DNA from: Alphaproteobacteria bacterium
Lineage (GTDB): Bacteria; Pseudomonadota; Alphaproteobacteria; Rickettsiales; UBA1997
Length of the DNA stretch: 64,000 nucleotides
Assembly: GCA_030835905.1 (NCBI GenBank)
Contig: JAURQX010000005.1
Coordinates: 1,135 to 65,134 of the forward strand
Reading direction: 5' to 3'
The position numbers and the translations under genes are program-made. Below, piece by piece: positions 48,020 through 58,124 of this stretch; position 1 is the stretch's first letter, and each line of letters begins with the position of its first letter. The notes below the pieces were generated by a model that made no database searches, had not been told where the DNA came from, and was given only the letters and a program-made list of their open reading frames with translations.

Positions 48020-49573
48020 ATGGCGCGCAAAAATATTGTTATTACAATCGGTAACTATGGCTCAATTATAACTGTTCACAAAGGCAAAAAAATTGAAAAC
48101 AAAATTTTTCTTAACAAAGAAGATTTTAACCAAGAAAATAAAGATAAAATATCCGCATTTTTTAAAAAAAATAAAAGCTTACCATCCTATATTTTAATTG
48201 ATACACTTGACCAGACTTATAAAAAGAAGCGCTTTCCATCGGTCAATCCGCTAGATTTAAGAAAAATGGCACATCGATCTTTGTCTTCAGAAGGTGACAA
48301 AGATAGTCTTAAAAATTTTATGATCATCAACAAGAAGGCAATTAAGAATTTGGATAAAAAAGATCGGCATTGGGACTGTTTATTTATCTCGTCACCACAA
48401 TCTGAAGAAATTAAAGAGTGGATTAGGTTTTTAGTCGATATGCCTAATTACCTAGTCGGCATATATATGTTACCAGTTGAGTGTTACAATTTATTTAAAC
48501 TTATCAAAAATAGCACTTTTTCCAAAGAAGAAAAGCTTACTTCAAAGAAAAAAAATGACCTTTATTGTATTATTATACAAAATAAAGTTAGCGGTATAAG
48601 ACAAATAGTTTTTTCACAAGATTCTATTGTTTTTACTAGGGTTGTTACCTATGAATTTGCAAAATCTGACTTTGTTGAAAAATTTGAGCAGGACATCTAT
48701 TCAACATTTGAATATTTAAAAAGAATTTATTCTGACCTTCAAATTGAGGAAATGAGGGTTATAAATATTTTTTCAAAAAAAGTTAATAGTCAGCTGCAAG
48801 AAAGTCTAAGCAAGGATTTGAGTTGCAGCTTTTTAACTCCTCATGAATTATCTAAAAAAATTAATTTAGAGTCGGTTGTTCCTGAAAAAAGTAAATATTG
48901 CGATGTTTTGATCTCTAAAATATTTTCTTCAAGTAAGAAGGTAATGAAATTTCAATCACCAAAACTTAAATTTGTTAGTAAATTTTTTAATGGATTGCAA
49001 TTTTCTTATTTCTTAAATTTAGCGCTTTCAATTTGCATTGCTGCCTTAGTTTTATTTACCGTATTAAACAAACAAAATTTAAGTGCAAAAATTGAAAATA
49101 CTGAAATTGACAAATTCAAAGCATTAAAAAAAGTAACATCAATGAAATTGAGTACGCTAAATAACGGACAAGACAGAGTTGAAGGCGTAAATCTTAGCTT
49201 TGAAAGAATTGCAGATTTTGGTAAAATTGATGAAAGTATAGGATCGATTGGACAAGATATTTTTGAATTTTATAAAAAACTCTCTTATTTACAGGGTCTT
49301 AATCTTAAGATCAAAAGCTTTGTATTCAATCTTCAGGGATTTAACCATCAATCACCAATAAAAGTTCAATATCTTTATAAAATGTCTGGCGATGTCTTTA
49401 ATGAAAGTGGCGATATTGAAGATTTATTTCGAGAATTTGACTCATTAACCGTTCAAACTAGGAAGAAGTTTGAAAAGAAAAAAATAACCTTCTCAGAATT
49501 GCCAAAAAATATTGATTTTAGTCAGAAATATTACTCTTTTCCAGTGTTTTTTTCAATTGAAGGTAATGATTAA
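48020..49573 (+). CDS. hypothetical bitopic protein, PilM-like cytoplasmic domain fused to a PilN/GspL-like TM plus periplasmic region
   Basis: Cytoplasmic part of about 320 aa with actin-like strand patterns (IVITIGNYGSIITVH, LVGIYMLPVECYNLF, LYCIIIQNKVSGIRQIVFSQDSIVFTRVV). Single TM at about aa 326-349 (LQFSYFLNLALSICIAALVLFTVL), then a periplasmic tail of about 165 aa. Assignment is by pattern only. Confidence 0.45.
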   Translation: MARKNIVITIGNYGSIITVHKGKKIENKIFLNKEDFNQENKDKISAFFKKNKSLPSYILIDTLDQTYKKKRFPSVNPLDLRKMAHRSLSSEGDKDSLKNFMIINKKAIKNLDKKDRHWDCLFISSPQSEEIKEWIRFLVDMPNYLVGIYMLPVECYNLFKLIKNSTFSKEEKLTSKKKNDLYCIIIQNKVSGIRQIVFSQDSIVFTRVVTYEFAKSDFVEKFEQDIYSTFEYLKRIYSDLQIEEMRVINIFSKKVNSQLQESLSKDLSCSFLTPHELSKKINLESVVPEKSKYCDVLISKIFSSSKKVMKFQSPKLKFVSKFFNGLQFSYFLNLALSICIAALVLFTVLNKQNLSAKIENTEIDKFKALKKVTSMKLSTLNNGQDRVEGVNLSFERIADFGKIDESIGSIGQDIFEFYKKLSYLQGLNLKIKSFVFNLQGFNHQSPIKVQYLYKMSGDVFNESGDIEDLFREFDSLTVQTRKKFEKKKITFSELPKNIDFSQKYYSFPVFFSIEGND

Positions 49574-49588
49574 TATTAAACATAGAGC

Positions 49589-50206
49589 ATGAAGATATCA
49601 ACAATACAAAAAAAAATTGCCGTTAATGCAATCGCTTCTTGTTTACTAATTTTTACAGCATCTTATGGCATATACTATAATATAAAATTCGTAGAAAAGT
49701 CTGAAGCAGAAATTAAAAAAATTAAATCAGAAATCAAAAAATTAGAGCAAGAAAGGTCTCACTTAGAAAGTAAAGCTGCAGAATTTAAAAAATACTCACA
49801 ACTTTGGTCAGAGCTTCCTGATTTAAAAAAACGTGTTGAAGTAATTAAATCAGATAAAGTTAACAAGTCAGTTGCAGAAATTGCAAAAAAACATTTTATT
49901 AAAAAGGTTGATATGAAGCTAAGTCTCCCACAAAAAATGAGTGATGGAATTTTTGATAGAGCTACTATAAAAGTATCTTATGTCAGAGTAGACTTAAGCT
50001 TCTCATCTCTTACAGATATTAGGGCAATTAAATTTATTAATGATTTTACTGATACATTAACAGGTCAAAAAATTATTTCGGAAATAAGTATTTCACGAGA
50101 TAAGGAATATGACCTCAATGATTTAAAGAAGGTTAGCACTGGTCAAGCTGAAGGAAATATTAAAACTAAGGCAATAATTCATTGGTATAATTACGAAGAT
50201 AAATAA
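49589..50206 (+). CDS. hypothetical bitopic protein, PilO/GspM-like
   Basis: N-terminal TM segment (VNAIASCLLIFTASYGIYY), a heptad coiled coil (SEAEIKKIKSEIKKLEQERSHLESKAAEFKK), then VSYVRVDLSFSSLTDIRAIKFINDFTDTLTGQKIISEISISR, which resembles the PilO core. Confidence 0.45.
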   Translation: MKISTIQKKIAVNAIASCLLIFTASYGIYYNIKFVEKSEAEIKKIKSEIKKLEQERSHLESKAAEFKKYSQLWSELPDLKKRVEVIKSDKVNKSVAEIAKKHFIKKVDMKLSLPQKMSDGIFDRATIKVSYVRVDLSFSSLTDIRAIKFINDFTDTLTGQKIISEISISRDKEYDLNDLKKVSTGQAEGNIKTKAIIHWYNYEDK

Positions 50207-50333
50207 AGCTAGAAATTTAAATCAAATCCTAACATTGTAATAACAAATTGATGTCACTATTTGAAAAAATATTTTCCCAATAACCAAAAATATTGCAGAA
50301 GGCAGTAAAAAATTTGCCATTAATAATTTTATT

Positions 50334-51074
50334 ATGAAAAAAGATACAGTAATCAAAAAGCTTAACTTTTATTTGCTTATTAATCTAGTATCTATTTTTT
50401 TTATATTGCTTGTAATTAATATTGGTAATGCGCAGGAGCAAATAATTGACCAAGACAATACAGAAAATGAACAACCTATAAATGCCGACGAACTTCCAGA
50501 CGCAGATACTCCACCAGAACCTAAAAATGTTACTGAACAAGATTCTAAAGAAAAAAATATCGTCAAAGAATTACTAAAATCAATCATGATGAATAAGGAA
50601 GAGGAGCAAAATGTAAACTTAGCTATTGAATCTTTCAAAACTGGAACTGATTTTTTACTTATAGATGAAAATGAAGAGATAGAAGCTAAAGATAGCGATC
50701 AGGCTGAAAAGGAAAAAAAAGAAGAAGATAATAAAAATGCATTTCTTTATCTATCTTCAATTATTTTTCGCAACAAAAATGAATGGGCCGCATGGTTTAA
50801 TGACCAAAAGATTACCTCAGTAGAAAATAACTCAAATAATGAAATTTTTGTAAAAAATATAAATTTTAATTCTGTTGATGTTGTATGGAAAATGAGTCTT
50901 AGTAAATGGAAAATTCTTTCAAGAGTCAATGATGATGCACTTGCACCAAATATAAATGAACAAAATCAAGTTGTATTAGATTTTACTTTAAAAACCAACC
51001 AAACATACGCACTAAAAAGCGGCAAGGTTATTGAAGGTAGAATTAAAATTAATAATAATTTAAGTGCAGATTAA
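50334..51074 (+). CDS. hypothetical exported protein, PilP-like (signal/anchor, acidic linker, beta-rich C-domain)
   Basis: N-terminus LNFYLLINLVSIFFILLVINIGNAQE, a D/E/K-rich linker, then the beta-rich AFLYLSSIIFRNKNEWAAWFNDQKI...VDVVWKMS...YALKSGKVIEGRIKI. Overlaps the map start by 11 nt. Confidence 0.4.
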   Translation: MKKDTVIKKLNFYLLINLVSIFFILLVINIGNAQEQIIDQDNTENEQPINADELPDADTPPEPKNVTEQDSKEKNIVKELLKSIMMNKEEEQNVNLAIESFKTGTDFLLIDENEEIEAKDSDQAEKEKKEEDNKNAFLYLSSIIFRNKNEWAAWFNDQKITSVENNSNNEIFVKNINFNSVDVVWKMSLSKWKILSRVNDDALAPNINEQNQVVLDFTLKTNQTYALKSGKVIEGRIKINNNLSAD

Positions 51075-51819
51075 AATTCATAAAAAGGAAGATTATATTG
51101 CAATGCGAAAAGCTGGTAGATTAGCAGCTTCAATTTTGGATTATATAGAGCCATTTATAAAACCAAATGTTAGCACTGAAGAGTTGAATAGCTTGTGCCA
51201 CAAAGAAATTATCAAAAACAATGCAATACCCGCCCCTCTAAACTATCGTGGCTTTCCAAAATCAATTTGTACTTCAGTTAATCATGTTGTGTGTCATGGC
51301 ATACCATCAGAAAAAAAACTTAATGACGGAGATATAATTAATGTTGATGTAACTGTAATTGTTGATGGATGGCATGGTGACACCAGTAGAACATTTTTTG
51401 TTGGTAAACCTACAATAAAAGCTAAAAGATTAGTTGAAGTTACTTATGAGTGTATGATGCTAGGGATAAAAGAAGTTAAGCCCGGAGCACCTGTCAATAA
51501 TATTGGACGTGCAATCGAAGAGCATGCTACACAAAATGGCTATTCCGTTGTTCGTGATTATTGCGGTCATGGCATAGGAAAAGTATTTCATGACGAACCC
51601 AGCATATTACACTATAATCAACCAGATAATCAACTGATAATGAAAGAAGGTATGTTTTTTACAATTGAGCCCATGATAAATGCTGGTAAATATCAAACAA
51701 TATTAAGTAAGCATGATGGTTGGACAGTTACAACAAGAGACAAGTCTTTATCCGCTCAATTTGAACACACTGTAGGTGTTACGAAAGATGGTTATGAAAT
51801 TTTTACCACAAACTGCTGA
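51064..51819 (+). CDS. map: type I methionine aminopeptidase
   Basis: GTG start. IKIHKKEDYIAMRKAGRLAA..., VVCHGIPS, FEHTVGVT, 251 aa. Confidence 0.95.
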   Translation: MQIKIHKKEDYIAMRKAGRLAASILDYIEPFIKPNVSTEELNSLCHKEIIKNNAIPAPLNYRGFPKSICTSVNHVVCHGIPSEKKLNDGDIINVDVTVIVDGWHGDTSRTFFVGKPTIKAKRLVEVTYECMMLGIKEVKPGAPVNNIGRAIEEHATQNGYSVVRDYCGHGIGKVFHDEPSILHYNQPDNQLIMKEGMFFTIEPMINAGKYQTILSKHDGWTVTTRDKSLSAQFEHTVGVTKDGYEIFTTNC

Positions 51820-51832
51820 TTAAAAACCTAAG

Positions 51833-52114
51833 ATGAAAAATTATAATTTATTTTTGATTAGCTTACTAACTATTTTTATTAATTTAAAAAAATCTTATGC
51901 TAAATTTGCTGATAATCAAAATTACCAAAAATTTTCAATTAATACCGACTCCTTTCTAATTAATCTTGATAGGTCTAAAAATGTAAAATATACTGAGTAC
52001 TTCAATAACCAATATTTATCAGTAGGTTTTAATTTAACAAAATCAACTCAAATAATTGCGGATACTTTTAAAAATAGCTATAATAATAGATACGCAATTT
52101 TTGGCGTTGAGTAA
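51833..52114 (+). CDS. small hypothetical exported protein
   Basis: 93-aa ORF with a signal-like N-terminus (LFLISLLTIFINLKKSYA). No homology recognised. It may be a gene remnant. Confidence 0.3.
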   Translation: MKNYNLFLISLLTIFINLKKSYAKFADNQNYQKFSINTDSFLINLDRSKNVKYTEYFNNQYLSVGFNLTKSTQIIADTFKNSYNNRYAIFGVE

Positions 52115-52251
52115 AAATGGTTCGAGTTTGATGATAGCAATTGACCATTTAGATAAATATTTTAAGAATAAAATCTTAAACACAAATTGGCGTTTTAACT
52201 GTCATTTTAAAAGATCTAATAAATTAATCTGTGTAATAAAAACTAAATTTT

Positions 52252-53151
52252 TTACCTAACACCTAAAACGTGACAAATTGCCTTGGTAAGATCTGCTCGA
52301 TTTAGAGTATAGAAATGAAATTGACTAACTCCTGATTTGTATAAAATCCGACATAGCTCAGTGGCAACCATACCTGCAATCAATTGTCGAGTTTCTGGAT
52401 TGTCGTCAAGATTATTAAAAATATTTTCCATCCATTTAGGGATTTGTGCTCCGCACATTTTGGCAAAATGCTTAACCTGTTTATAATTGCTAACTGGTAA
52501 AATGCCTGGAATTATTGGCACATTAATTCCAGAACTTCGACATTTATCAACAAATTTTAAAAAGGCATCAGCATCAAAGAAAAACTGAGTAATAATGCGA
52601 TCAGCACCACAATCAACCTTAAGTTTAAGATTTTTTATATCCTCCTCGAGATCTTTTGCCTCTGGATGTTTTTCAGGATAACCAGCAACAGATATTTCAA
52701 ATTTTATACCCTCTTTTGATAAATTTTTGATTCCATTTACTAGATCACTAGCATAATGATAACCATCAGGATGTAGCTGGTAACTTGGACTAGAAGCAGG
52801 CATATCTCCCCTTAAGGCTACGATATGTCTTACGCCAATTTGCCAGTAGTTATGCAAAATTTGATTAATCTCTTCTTTTGAAGCAGCAATACAAGTCAGA
52901 TGTGAAGCTGGTTTAAGACTTGTTTCATTTAGTATTTTTTGAATTGTACTATGGGTTCTTTCGCGAGTTGAACCACCTGCCCCATAAGTAACAGAAACAA
53001 AATTCGGATTTAAACTTTTTAACTTGGTAATCGCTTGCCATAATTTATCTTCCATTTCCACATTTTTTGGCGGAAAAAACTCAAATGAAACATCAACATT
53101 TCGATCGTTTATGATAATTTCTTCCAAATTATTGCTGTAGATTTTAGTCAT
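52252..53151 (-). CDS. metF: methylenetetrahydrofolate reductase
   Basis: VSFEFFPPK...FVSVTYGAGGSTR, 299 aa. Confidence 0.93.
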   Translation of the reverse strand: MTKIYSNNLEEIIINDRNVDVSFEFFPPKNVEMEDKLWQAITKLKSLNPNFVSVTYGAGGSTRERTHSTIQKILNETSLKPASHLTCIAASKEEINQILHNYWQIGVRHIVALRGDMPASSPSYQLHPDGYHYASDLVNGIKNLSKEGIKFEISVAGYPEKHPEAKDLEEDIKNLKLKVDCGADRIITQFFFDADAFLKFVDKCRSSGINVPIIPGILPVSNYKQVKHFAKMCGAQIPKWMENIFNNLDDNPETRQLIAGMVATELCRILYKSGVSQFHFYTLNRADLTKAICHVLGVR

Positions 53152-53155
53152 TTGT

Positions 53156-53953
53156 TTAACTGGTAAAAAGTGTAAATTTTTTTTGATTTGCTATTAAGCT
53201 AGATAAGCACCCATCTTCAACTCCTGAAGTTATAATTGTATCACAGCCTGTGCATTGTAACATTTTAGCAGATTTTATTTTGGTAATCATGCCTCCAGTT
53301 CCAATATTTGATATTGAATCACTAGCCATTTTAAGTATTTTTTCGTCAACTTGATTTACTTTATCTATAAATTTGGCGGACTGATTTAATTTAGGGTTTT
53401 CTTCATATAAGCCATCAATATCAGAAAATAAAATCATTAAATTTGCGTCGGTAATTTTTGCAATATGAGCCGCCAAGGTATCATTGTCGCCTATTTTTAT
53501 TTCATCAACTGCTATTGAGTCATTTTCATTAATAATTGGAATAATATTTCTACTCAATAACTCTTCGATAGTATTTTTAAAATTTTCTCTGCGATGATTT
53601 ACATTACAGTCTTCAGCTGTTAATAAAATTTGAGCTACATTTAGTGAGTGATTTTGAAAAATATGATGATAATTATTCATTAGAAAAATTTGGCCAATAG
53701 CTGACATCGCCTGTTTTTGCACCAGATTAAGGTTTTTTTTATTGATGATATTATTTTCTGTTGATATTTGCTTAATTCCCAAAGCTATTGCACCAGATGA
53801 AACAATAATAATGTGATGGTTATTATTAATTAATTCAGCAATATCATGCGCAAAATAGTTAAACCAATTTTTTCGCAAATCATAATCATCAACTATCAAA
53901 GAAGAGCCGACCTTTATAATAATTCTTTTTTTTGAAGAAAAATCGTACCTCAT
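53156..53953 (-). CDS. proB: glutamate 5-kinase (no PUA domain)
   Basis: RIIIKVGSSLI... and amino-acid-kinase-fold motifs (IIVSSGAIALG, IGDNDTLAA, GTGGMITK). At 265 aa it lacks the C-terminal PUA domain. Confidence 0.9.
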   Translation of the reverse strand: MRYDFSSKKRIIIKVGSSLIVDDYDLRKNWFNYFAHDIAELINNNHHIIIVSSGAIALGIKQISTENNIINKKNLNLVQKQAMSAIGQIFLMNNYHHIFQNHSLNVAQILLTAEDCNVNHRRENFKNTIEELLSRNIIPIINENDSIAVDEIKIGDNDTLAAHIAKITDANLMILFSDIDGLYEENPKLNQSAKFIDKVNQVDEKILKMASDSISNIGTGGMITKIKSAKMLQCTGCDTIITSGVEDGCLSSLIANQKKFTLFTS

Positions 53954-53969
53954 TAATTTTAAAAACTAT

Positions 53970-54956
53970 CTAATTATTTAAACCTTTACTTTGCCTAGCT
54001 TTTCTTATTTCGTTTTGATAGACTTGATTTTTTACCAAAGGCACCGGCAACTCTTTGACTACATAGTCAGACAAGCCAGTAATTACATATATTTCAACCG
54101 ATCGGTTTGGTTGATTTGATTTACCGTCAAAAGTAATAATTTCAGGAAATTCTTCTCCTAAGGCCTTTGAGATAATAAAGCTTTCATCTACGCCATTTTT
54201 AATAAGATAATTTTTTACGGTTAAAACTCTGTTAAGAGATAGTGCTTTGTTGTATATTTTGCTGCCTAAACGATCAGCATTACCAACCAATAATACTTTA
54301 AAACCTCTGTTAATTGATTCTATATAAGAAAGCGCTTTGTATAAATCATAAAATGCTTTATCATTTAAATTAGAGCTATCGAAGTCAAAATTAATTCTAA
54401 ATAATTCAAATTCAGGTTTCTCAATCTTGATTGGTTTCGACCTATCTCTATTAATGTTTGCCAAATAATATTCTATTTCGTTAAGTAACTTAATAAATCT
54501 AACTCTACATCTTGCCATTTCGTCAGCAATAAAAACAGAATTAGATTCTCTAGCTATCCAGCAATCATAAAGATAAACTAAATGCGCCAATTGAATTGGG
54601 ATATTTTTTTGTAAGTATTCTTTACCCATTAGATTTTCAAGTCGAGTTTGCATTAACATCATCAACTCAATTTGTGATTCATCAGCATTCCAATCTCTGG
54701 GATTTTCAGGAATTATGTCTTCATCGGTTATTACGCGCAAACCTTTTGTTGAAAAGTACTCAGTTGCATAATTATCATCAACAGCTCTGTATCTTCTTGC
54801 AAAATCTAAATATTCTAAACCAAGGTAGGATCTATAATCACCTTTGTAGATTAGGTGAGATTCAAAATCAGACAAAACATTATAGTTTTTCTTTAAAACG
54901 CACGAGCTTAAAACTAAAAGCAAAAAAATTACTAAAAACTTATTAATAATTCTCAT
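53970..54956 (-). CDS. OmpA-family (peptidoglycan-associated) lipoprotein
   Basis: Lipobox LLLVLSSCVL and a C-terminal OmpA-like domain (LLVGNADRLGSKIYNKALSLNRVLTVKNYL...NRSVEIYV). Confidence 0.8.
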   Translation of the reverse strand: MRIINKFLVIFLLLVLSSCVLKKNYNVLSDFESHLIYKGDYRSYLGLEYLDFARRYRAVDDNYATEYFSTKGLRVITDEDIIPENPRDWNADESQIELMMLMQTRLENLMGKEYLQKNIPIQLAHLVYLYDCWIARESNSVFIADEMARCRVRFIKLLNEIEYYLANINRDRSKPIKIEKPEFELFRINFDFDSSNLNDKAFYDLYKALSYIESINRGFKVLLVGNADRLGSKIYNKALSLNRVLTVKNYLIKNGVDESFIISKALGEEFPEIITFDGKSNQPNRSVEIYVITGLSDYVVKELPVPLVKNQVYQNEIRKARQSKGLNN

Positions 54957-55179
54957 TTATGATTAGATTTTTAAAGAAAAAGACCATTATTCATCAAACT
55001 TATTAGTAAAATGTTTTTATTTAACTTTTAGCTAGTTTATTTCTAAAATAAAGTCTTTATGACAGAAATAATAATTTTATCAAAAAAACTAAAAAATAAT
55101 TCAACAATCCCACCGTAAAAAATTAGAATCTAAGACATTAAATAGTAAACAAGTTTTTAAAGAATTTTTTGATTAATGT

Positions 55180-56787
55180 TTAAGAATTCATAGATTTAAA
55201 GAATTCTTCGTTACTTTTAGTTCCTTCTAATTTTTGTAATAAAAATTCCATTGCTTCTAATGAATTCATTGGATTAACAATTCTTCTAAGCATCCAAACT
55301 TTTGATAAAGTTGCCCTATCAACCAAAATTTCCTCTTTTCTAGTTCCTGACCTTGTGATATCAATTGCCGGGAAAATTCTTTTATCAGAAATTTTACGAT
55401 CAAGAACAATTTCTGCATTACCAGTTCCTTTAAACTCTTCAAAAATAACCTCATCCATTTTAGATCCCGTTTCGATTAATGCTGTCGAAATTATAGTTAA
55501 CGAACCACCTTCTTCAATATTTCTTGCAGCACCTAGGAATCTTTTAGGTTTTTGTAGCGCATTTGAATCAACGCCACCAGTTAGAACTTTACCAGATGAA
55601 GGTATAACTGTGTTATAGGCTCTAGCAAGTCTGGTGATATTATCAAGTAATATTACGACATCTTTTTTAGCCTCGACTAATCTTCTAGCTTTCTCAATTA
55701 CCATTTCTGCAAGCTGAACATGGCGATGCGCTGATTCATCGAAAGTTGAACTAACTACTTCACCCTTTACTGTTCTTATCATATCTGTAACCTCTTCCGG
55801 CCTTTCGTCAATTAAGAGCACAATTAGAGTAACTTCAGGATGATTTGTAGTAATTGCATGGGCAATATTTTGCATTAATGAAGTTTTGCCCGTTCTTGGC
55901 GGTGCAACTATTAAAGCCCTTTGACCCTTACCAAGTGGAGTCACAAGATCTATGATTCTGGTACTTAAATCATTATTTAAGGGATTTTCAACTTCTAATT
56001 TTAGCTTTTTATGTGGGTAAAGAGGCGTTAAATCATCAAATAATACACGATTTCTAATCAACTCAGGAGCGCCAAAATTAACTTCATTTACACGAAGAAG
56101 TGCAAAATACCTTTCTCCTTTTTTAGGAGCTCTAATTTGACCCTTTACTGTATCACCAGTCCTTAGACCAAACCTCTTAATTTGACTCGGAGAAACATAA
56201 ATATCATCTGAACCTGGAAAATAATTTGTTTCATGAGACCTTAAAAAACCAAATCCATCATCTAGCACTTCTAGCACACCTTCACCAATAATTATATTTT
56301 GTGTGTTAGCATTAGAGAAGCTTTTTAAGATATTATAAATTATATCTTGTCTACCAAAATCGCCGATATTTTCTAAGCCATGTTCTTTGGCAATTTCAAT
56401 CAAGCTTTCAGCATTTTTAGTTTTGAGACTTTTTAATTCTAAGATATTTTTTTCATCAATTTTTCCCTCTTCTAAATTCGACTCTTCTTCTTTATTAATA
56501 TTATCCTTATTGTTCTCGTCGGTGTCATTTTTAAATTCATTTCTTCTATGGGGCTTTTTATAATCGCGATCTTGTTGCTTTAGAGATAATTTTTGACCCT
56601 TACTTATTAAACTTCCGCTATGAATTTTCTTAGGTTCAATATTTTTCTTTAATTCTTGATCAGAAGTTAAATCAGATTCTTCTACGGTATTTATAACTAT
56701 ATTATTATTTACTTCATTAGAATTTACTTCGCTAGCGCTGTTTTCTTGGCTCGACTTACTGCCATTAATTGTAAGAGTTGAAGACAT
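55180..56787 (-). CDS. rho: transcription termination factor Rho with an N-terminal extension of about 112 aa
   Basis: From about residue 113 (..NILELKSLK..) it is colinear with E. coli Rho ([35 protein letters not shown]). The preceding 112 aa are N/S/E/K-rich and contain no in-frame ATG. Confidence 0.95.
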   Translation of the reverse strand: MSSTLTINGSKSSQENSASEVNSNEVNNNIVINTVEESDLTSDQELKKNIEPKKIHSGSLISKGQKLSLKQQDRDYKKPHRRNEFKNDTDENNKDNINKEEESNLEEGKIDEKNILELKSLKTKNAESLIEIAKEHGLENIGDFGRQDIIYNILKSFSNANTQNIIIGEGVLEVLDDGFGFLRSHETNYFPGSDDIYVSPSQIKRFGLRTGDTVKGQIRAPKKGERYFALLRVNEVNFGAPELIRNRVLFDDLTPLYPHKKLKLEVENPLNNDLSTRIIDLVTPLGKGQRALIVAPPRTGKTSLMQNIAHAITTNHPEVTLIVLLIDERPEEVTDMIRTVKGEVVSSTFDESAHRHVQLAEMVIEKARRLVEAKKDVVILLDNITRLARAYNTVIPSSGKVLTGGVDSNALQKPKRFLGAARNIEEGGSLTIISTALIETGSKMDEVIFEEFKGTGNAEIVLDRKISDKRIFPAIDITRSGTRKEEILVDRATLSKVWMLRRIVNPMNSLEAMEFLLQKLEGTKSNEEFFKSMNS

Positions 56788-57167
56788 GTTTATTTAATTG
56801 ATATATTAAGTTAACAAAAACTATAAGATAGTGTTAACAATGTTTAAAATTAAAAGGAAAAGTAGCTTCATAACGCCAATTTGCGCTTAAAAAATTAAAT
56901 GATCCTTTTAAATTAAGTAATTACTAAGAATTTCAACCGCAGTCAATTGCCCAACTAAAATTAAAATTTTTGCGACATTAAACATCAAAAAATTGTAAAA
57001 AGAAAATTTTTTTAGAAGGATTGGCTTAATTTTGAAGATAATTCGACACCACAAAAACCTTAAGTAGTGGCTATTGTGTAATTTTAATTTATAATTTCGA
57101 TCTTGTCAATAACCAATTATATATTTACTTAAAATTTAGTAAAAGTTACTAAAAACCCTCAAATTTT

Positions 57168-57191
57168 ATCTCTAAAGACTTTTTTAGAGAT
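57168..57191 (-). terminator. hairpin immediately downstream of purQ
   Basis: atctctaaag-actt-ttttagagat has a stem of 9-10 bp and begins 3 nt past the purQ stop. Confidence 0.4.
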
Positions 57192-57193
57192 GC

Positions 57194-57877
57194 CTAAATA
57201 TTAAAAAAGTCAAAAATATGCAAACCATCACTTCCTAAATCTTTATTATATCCGATAGCTCTTTCAGGATGAGGCATGATGCCTAATATGTTTTTCTGAT
57301 CATTAAAAACACCTGCTATATTATTTATCGAACCATTTGGATTTGAATTTTTACTTGATTGACCATTCTCATCACAATATTCAAATGCTATTAAATTCTT
57401 ATCCTGAAGCTCTTTTAAAATATTTTCACAAGCAAAATAGTTGCCGTCCATATTAGCGATAGGCATTTTAACTATTTGGTTTTTTTTAAAACTTTTAGTA
57501 AAAATTGATTCGTTATTTTTAACCCTTAAATGAATCGATTTACAAATAAACTTAAGATCTTTGTTGCGAATTAAAGATCCCTTTACAAGACCTATTTCAG
57601 TCAAAATTTGAAAACCGTTGCAGATCCCCAAAATATTGACTCCTTTTTTCGCTAATCTTTTTACCTCTTTAATAACTGGAGCAGTAGCTGCCATGGCTCC
57701 TGATCGTAAATAATCACCATAAGAAAAACCGCCTGGCAATATTATTAAATCAAGATCATTGTCTAAAGATGTTTCTTTATACCAAATATTTTGCACATTA
57801 CCATTAACTGCCTTAATAGCCTCAATACTATCTCTATCGCAATTTGAGCCTGGAAATGTTATGACTACAGCCTTCAT
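57194..57877 (-). CDS. purQ: phosphoribosylformylglycinamidine synthase, glutaminase subunit
   Basis: MKAVVITFPGSNCDRD, GICNGFQIL, MPHPER. Confidence 0.95.
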   Translation of the reverse strand: MKAVVITFPGSNCDRDSIEAIKAVNGNVQNIWYKETSLDNDLDLIILPGGFSYGDYLRSGAMAATAPVIKEVKRLAKKGVNILGICNGFQILTEIGLVKGSLIRNKDLKFICKSIHLRVKNNESIFTKSFKKNQIVKMPIANMDGNYFACENILKELQDKNLIAFEYCDENGQSSKNSNPNGSINNIAGVFNDQKNILGIMPHPERAIGYNKDLGSDGLHIFDFFNI

Positions 57878-57881
57878 AAAA

Positions 57882-58124
57882 TTAAATTATAGTGTAATTA
57901 TAATCCTCGATTACTTTATTAACTAAAAATTTATCACAAATTTCATCAATTATTTGCTGAATTTTTAATGGATCGCTTTCGGAAATTTCTAAATCTATAA
58001 ATTTGCCTTGTCTAACATTTGCAAGATTGCTAAAGCCAAAATCTTTTATCAATAAATTTTCAATGGCTTTGCCTTGTGTATCCAAAACGCCTTTTTTAAG
58101 AGATATATTAATTCTAACTTTCAT
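57882..58124 (-). CDS. purS: phosphoribosylformylglycinamidine synthase subunit PurS
   Basis: 80 aa, MKVRINISLKKGVLDTQGKAIE pattern, directly upstream of purQ. Confidence 0.88.
   Translation of the reverse strand: MKVRINISLKKGVLDTQGKAIENLLIKDFGFSNLANVRQGKFIDLEISESDPLKIQQIIDEICDKFLVNKVIEDYNYTII

Noticed and set aside
52056-52259. 67-aa ORF overlapping the end of the 93-aa ORF and the 3' end of metF; possible frameshifted pseudogene together with 51833-52114
   Set aside because: Neither piece resembles any family I recognise, and joining the frames does not give a coherent protein.
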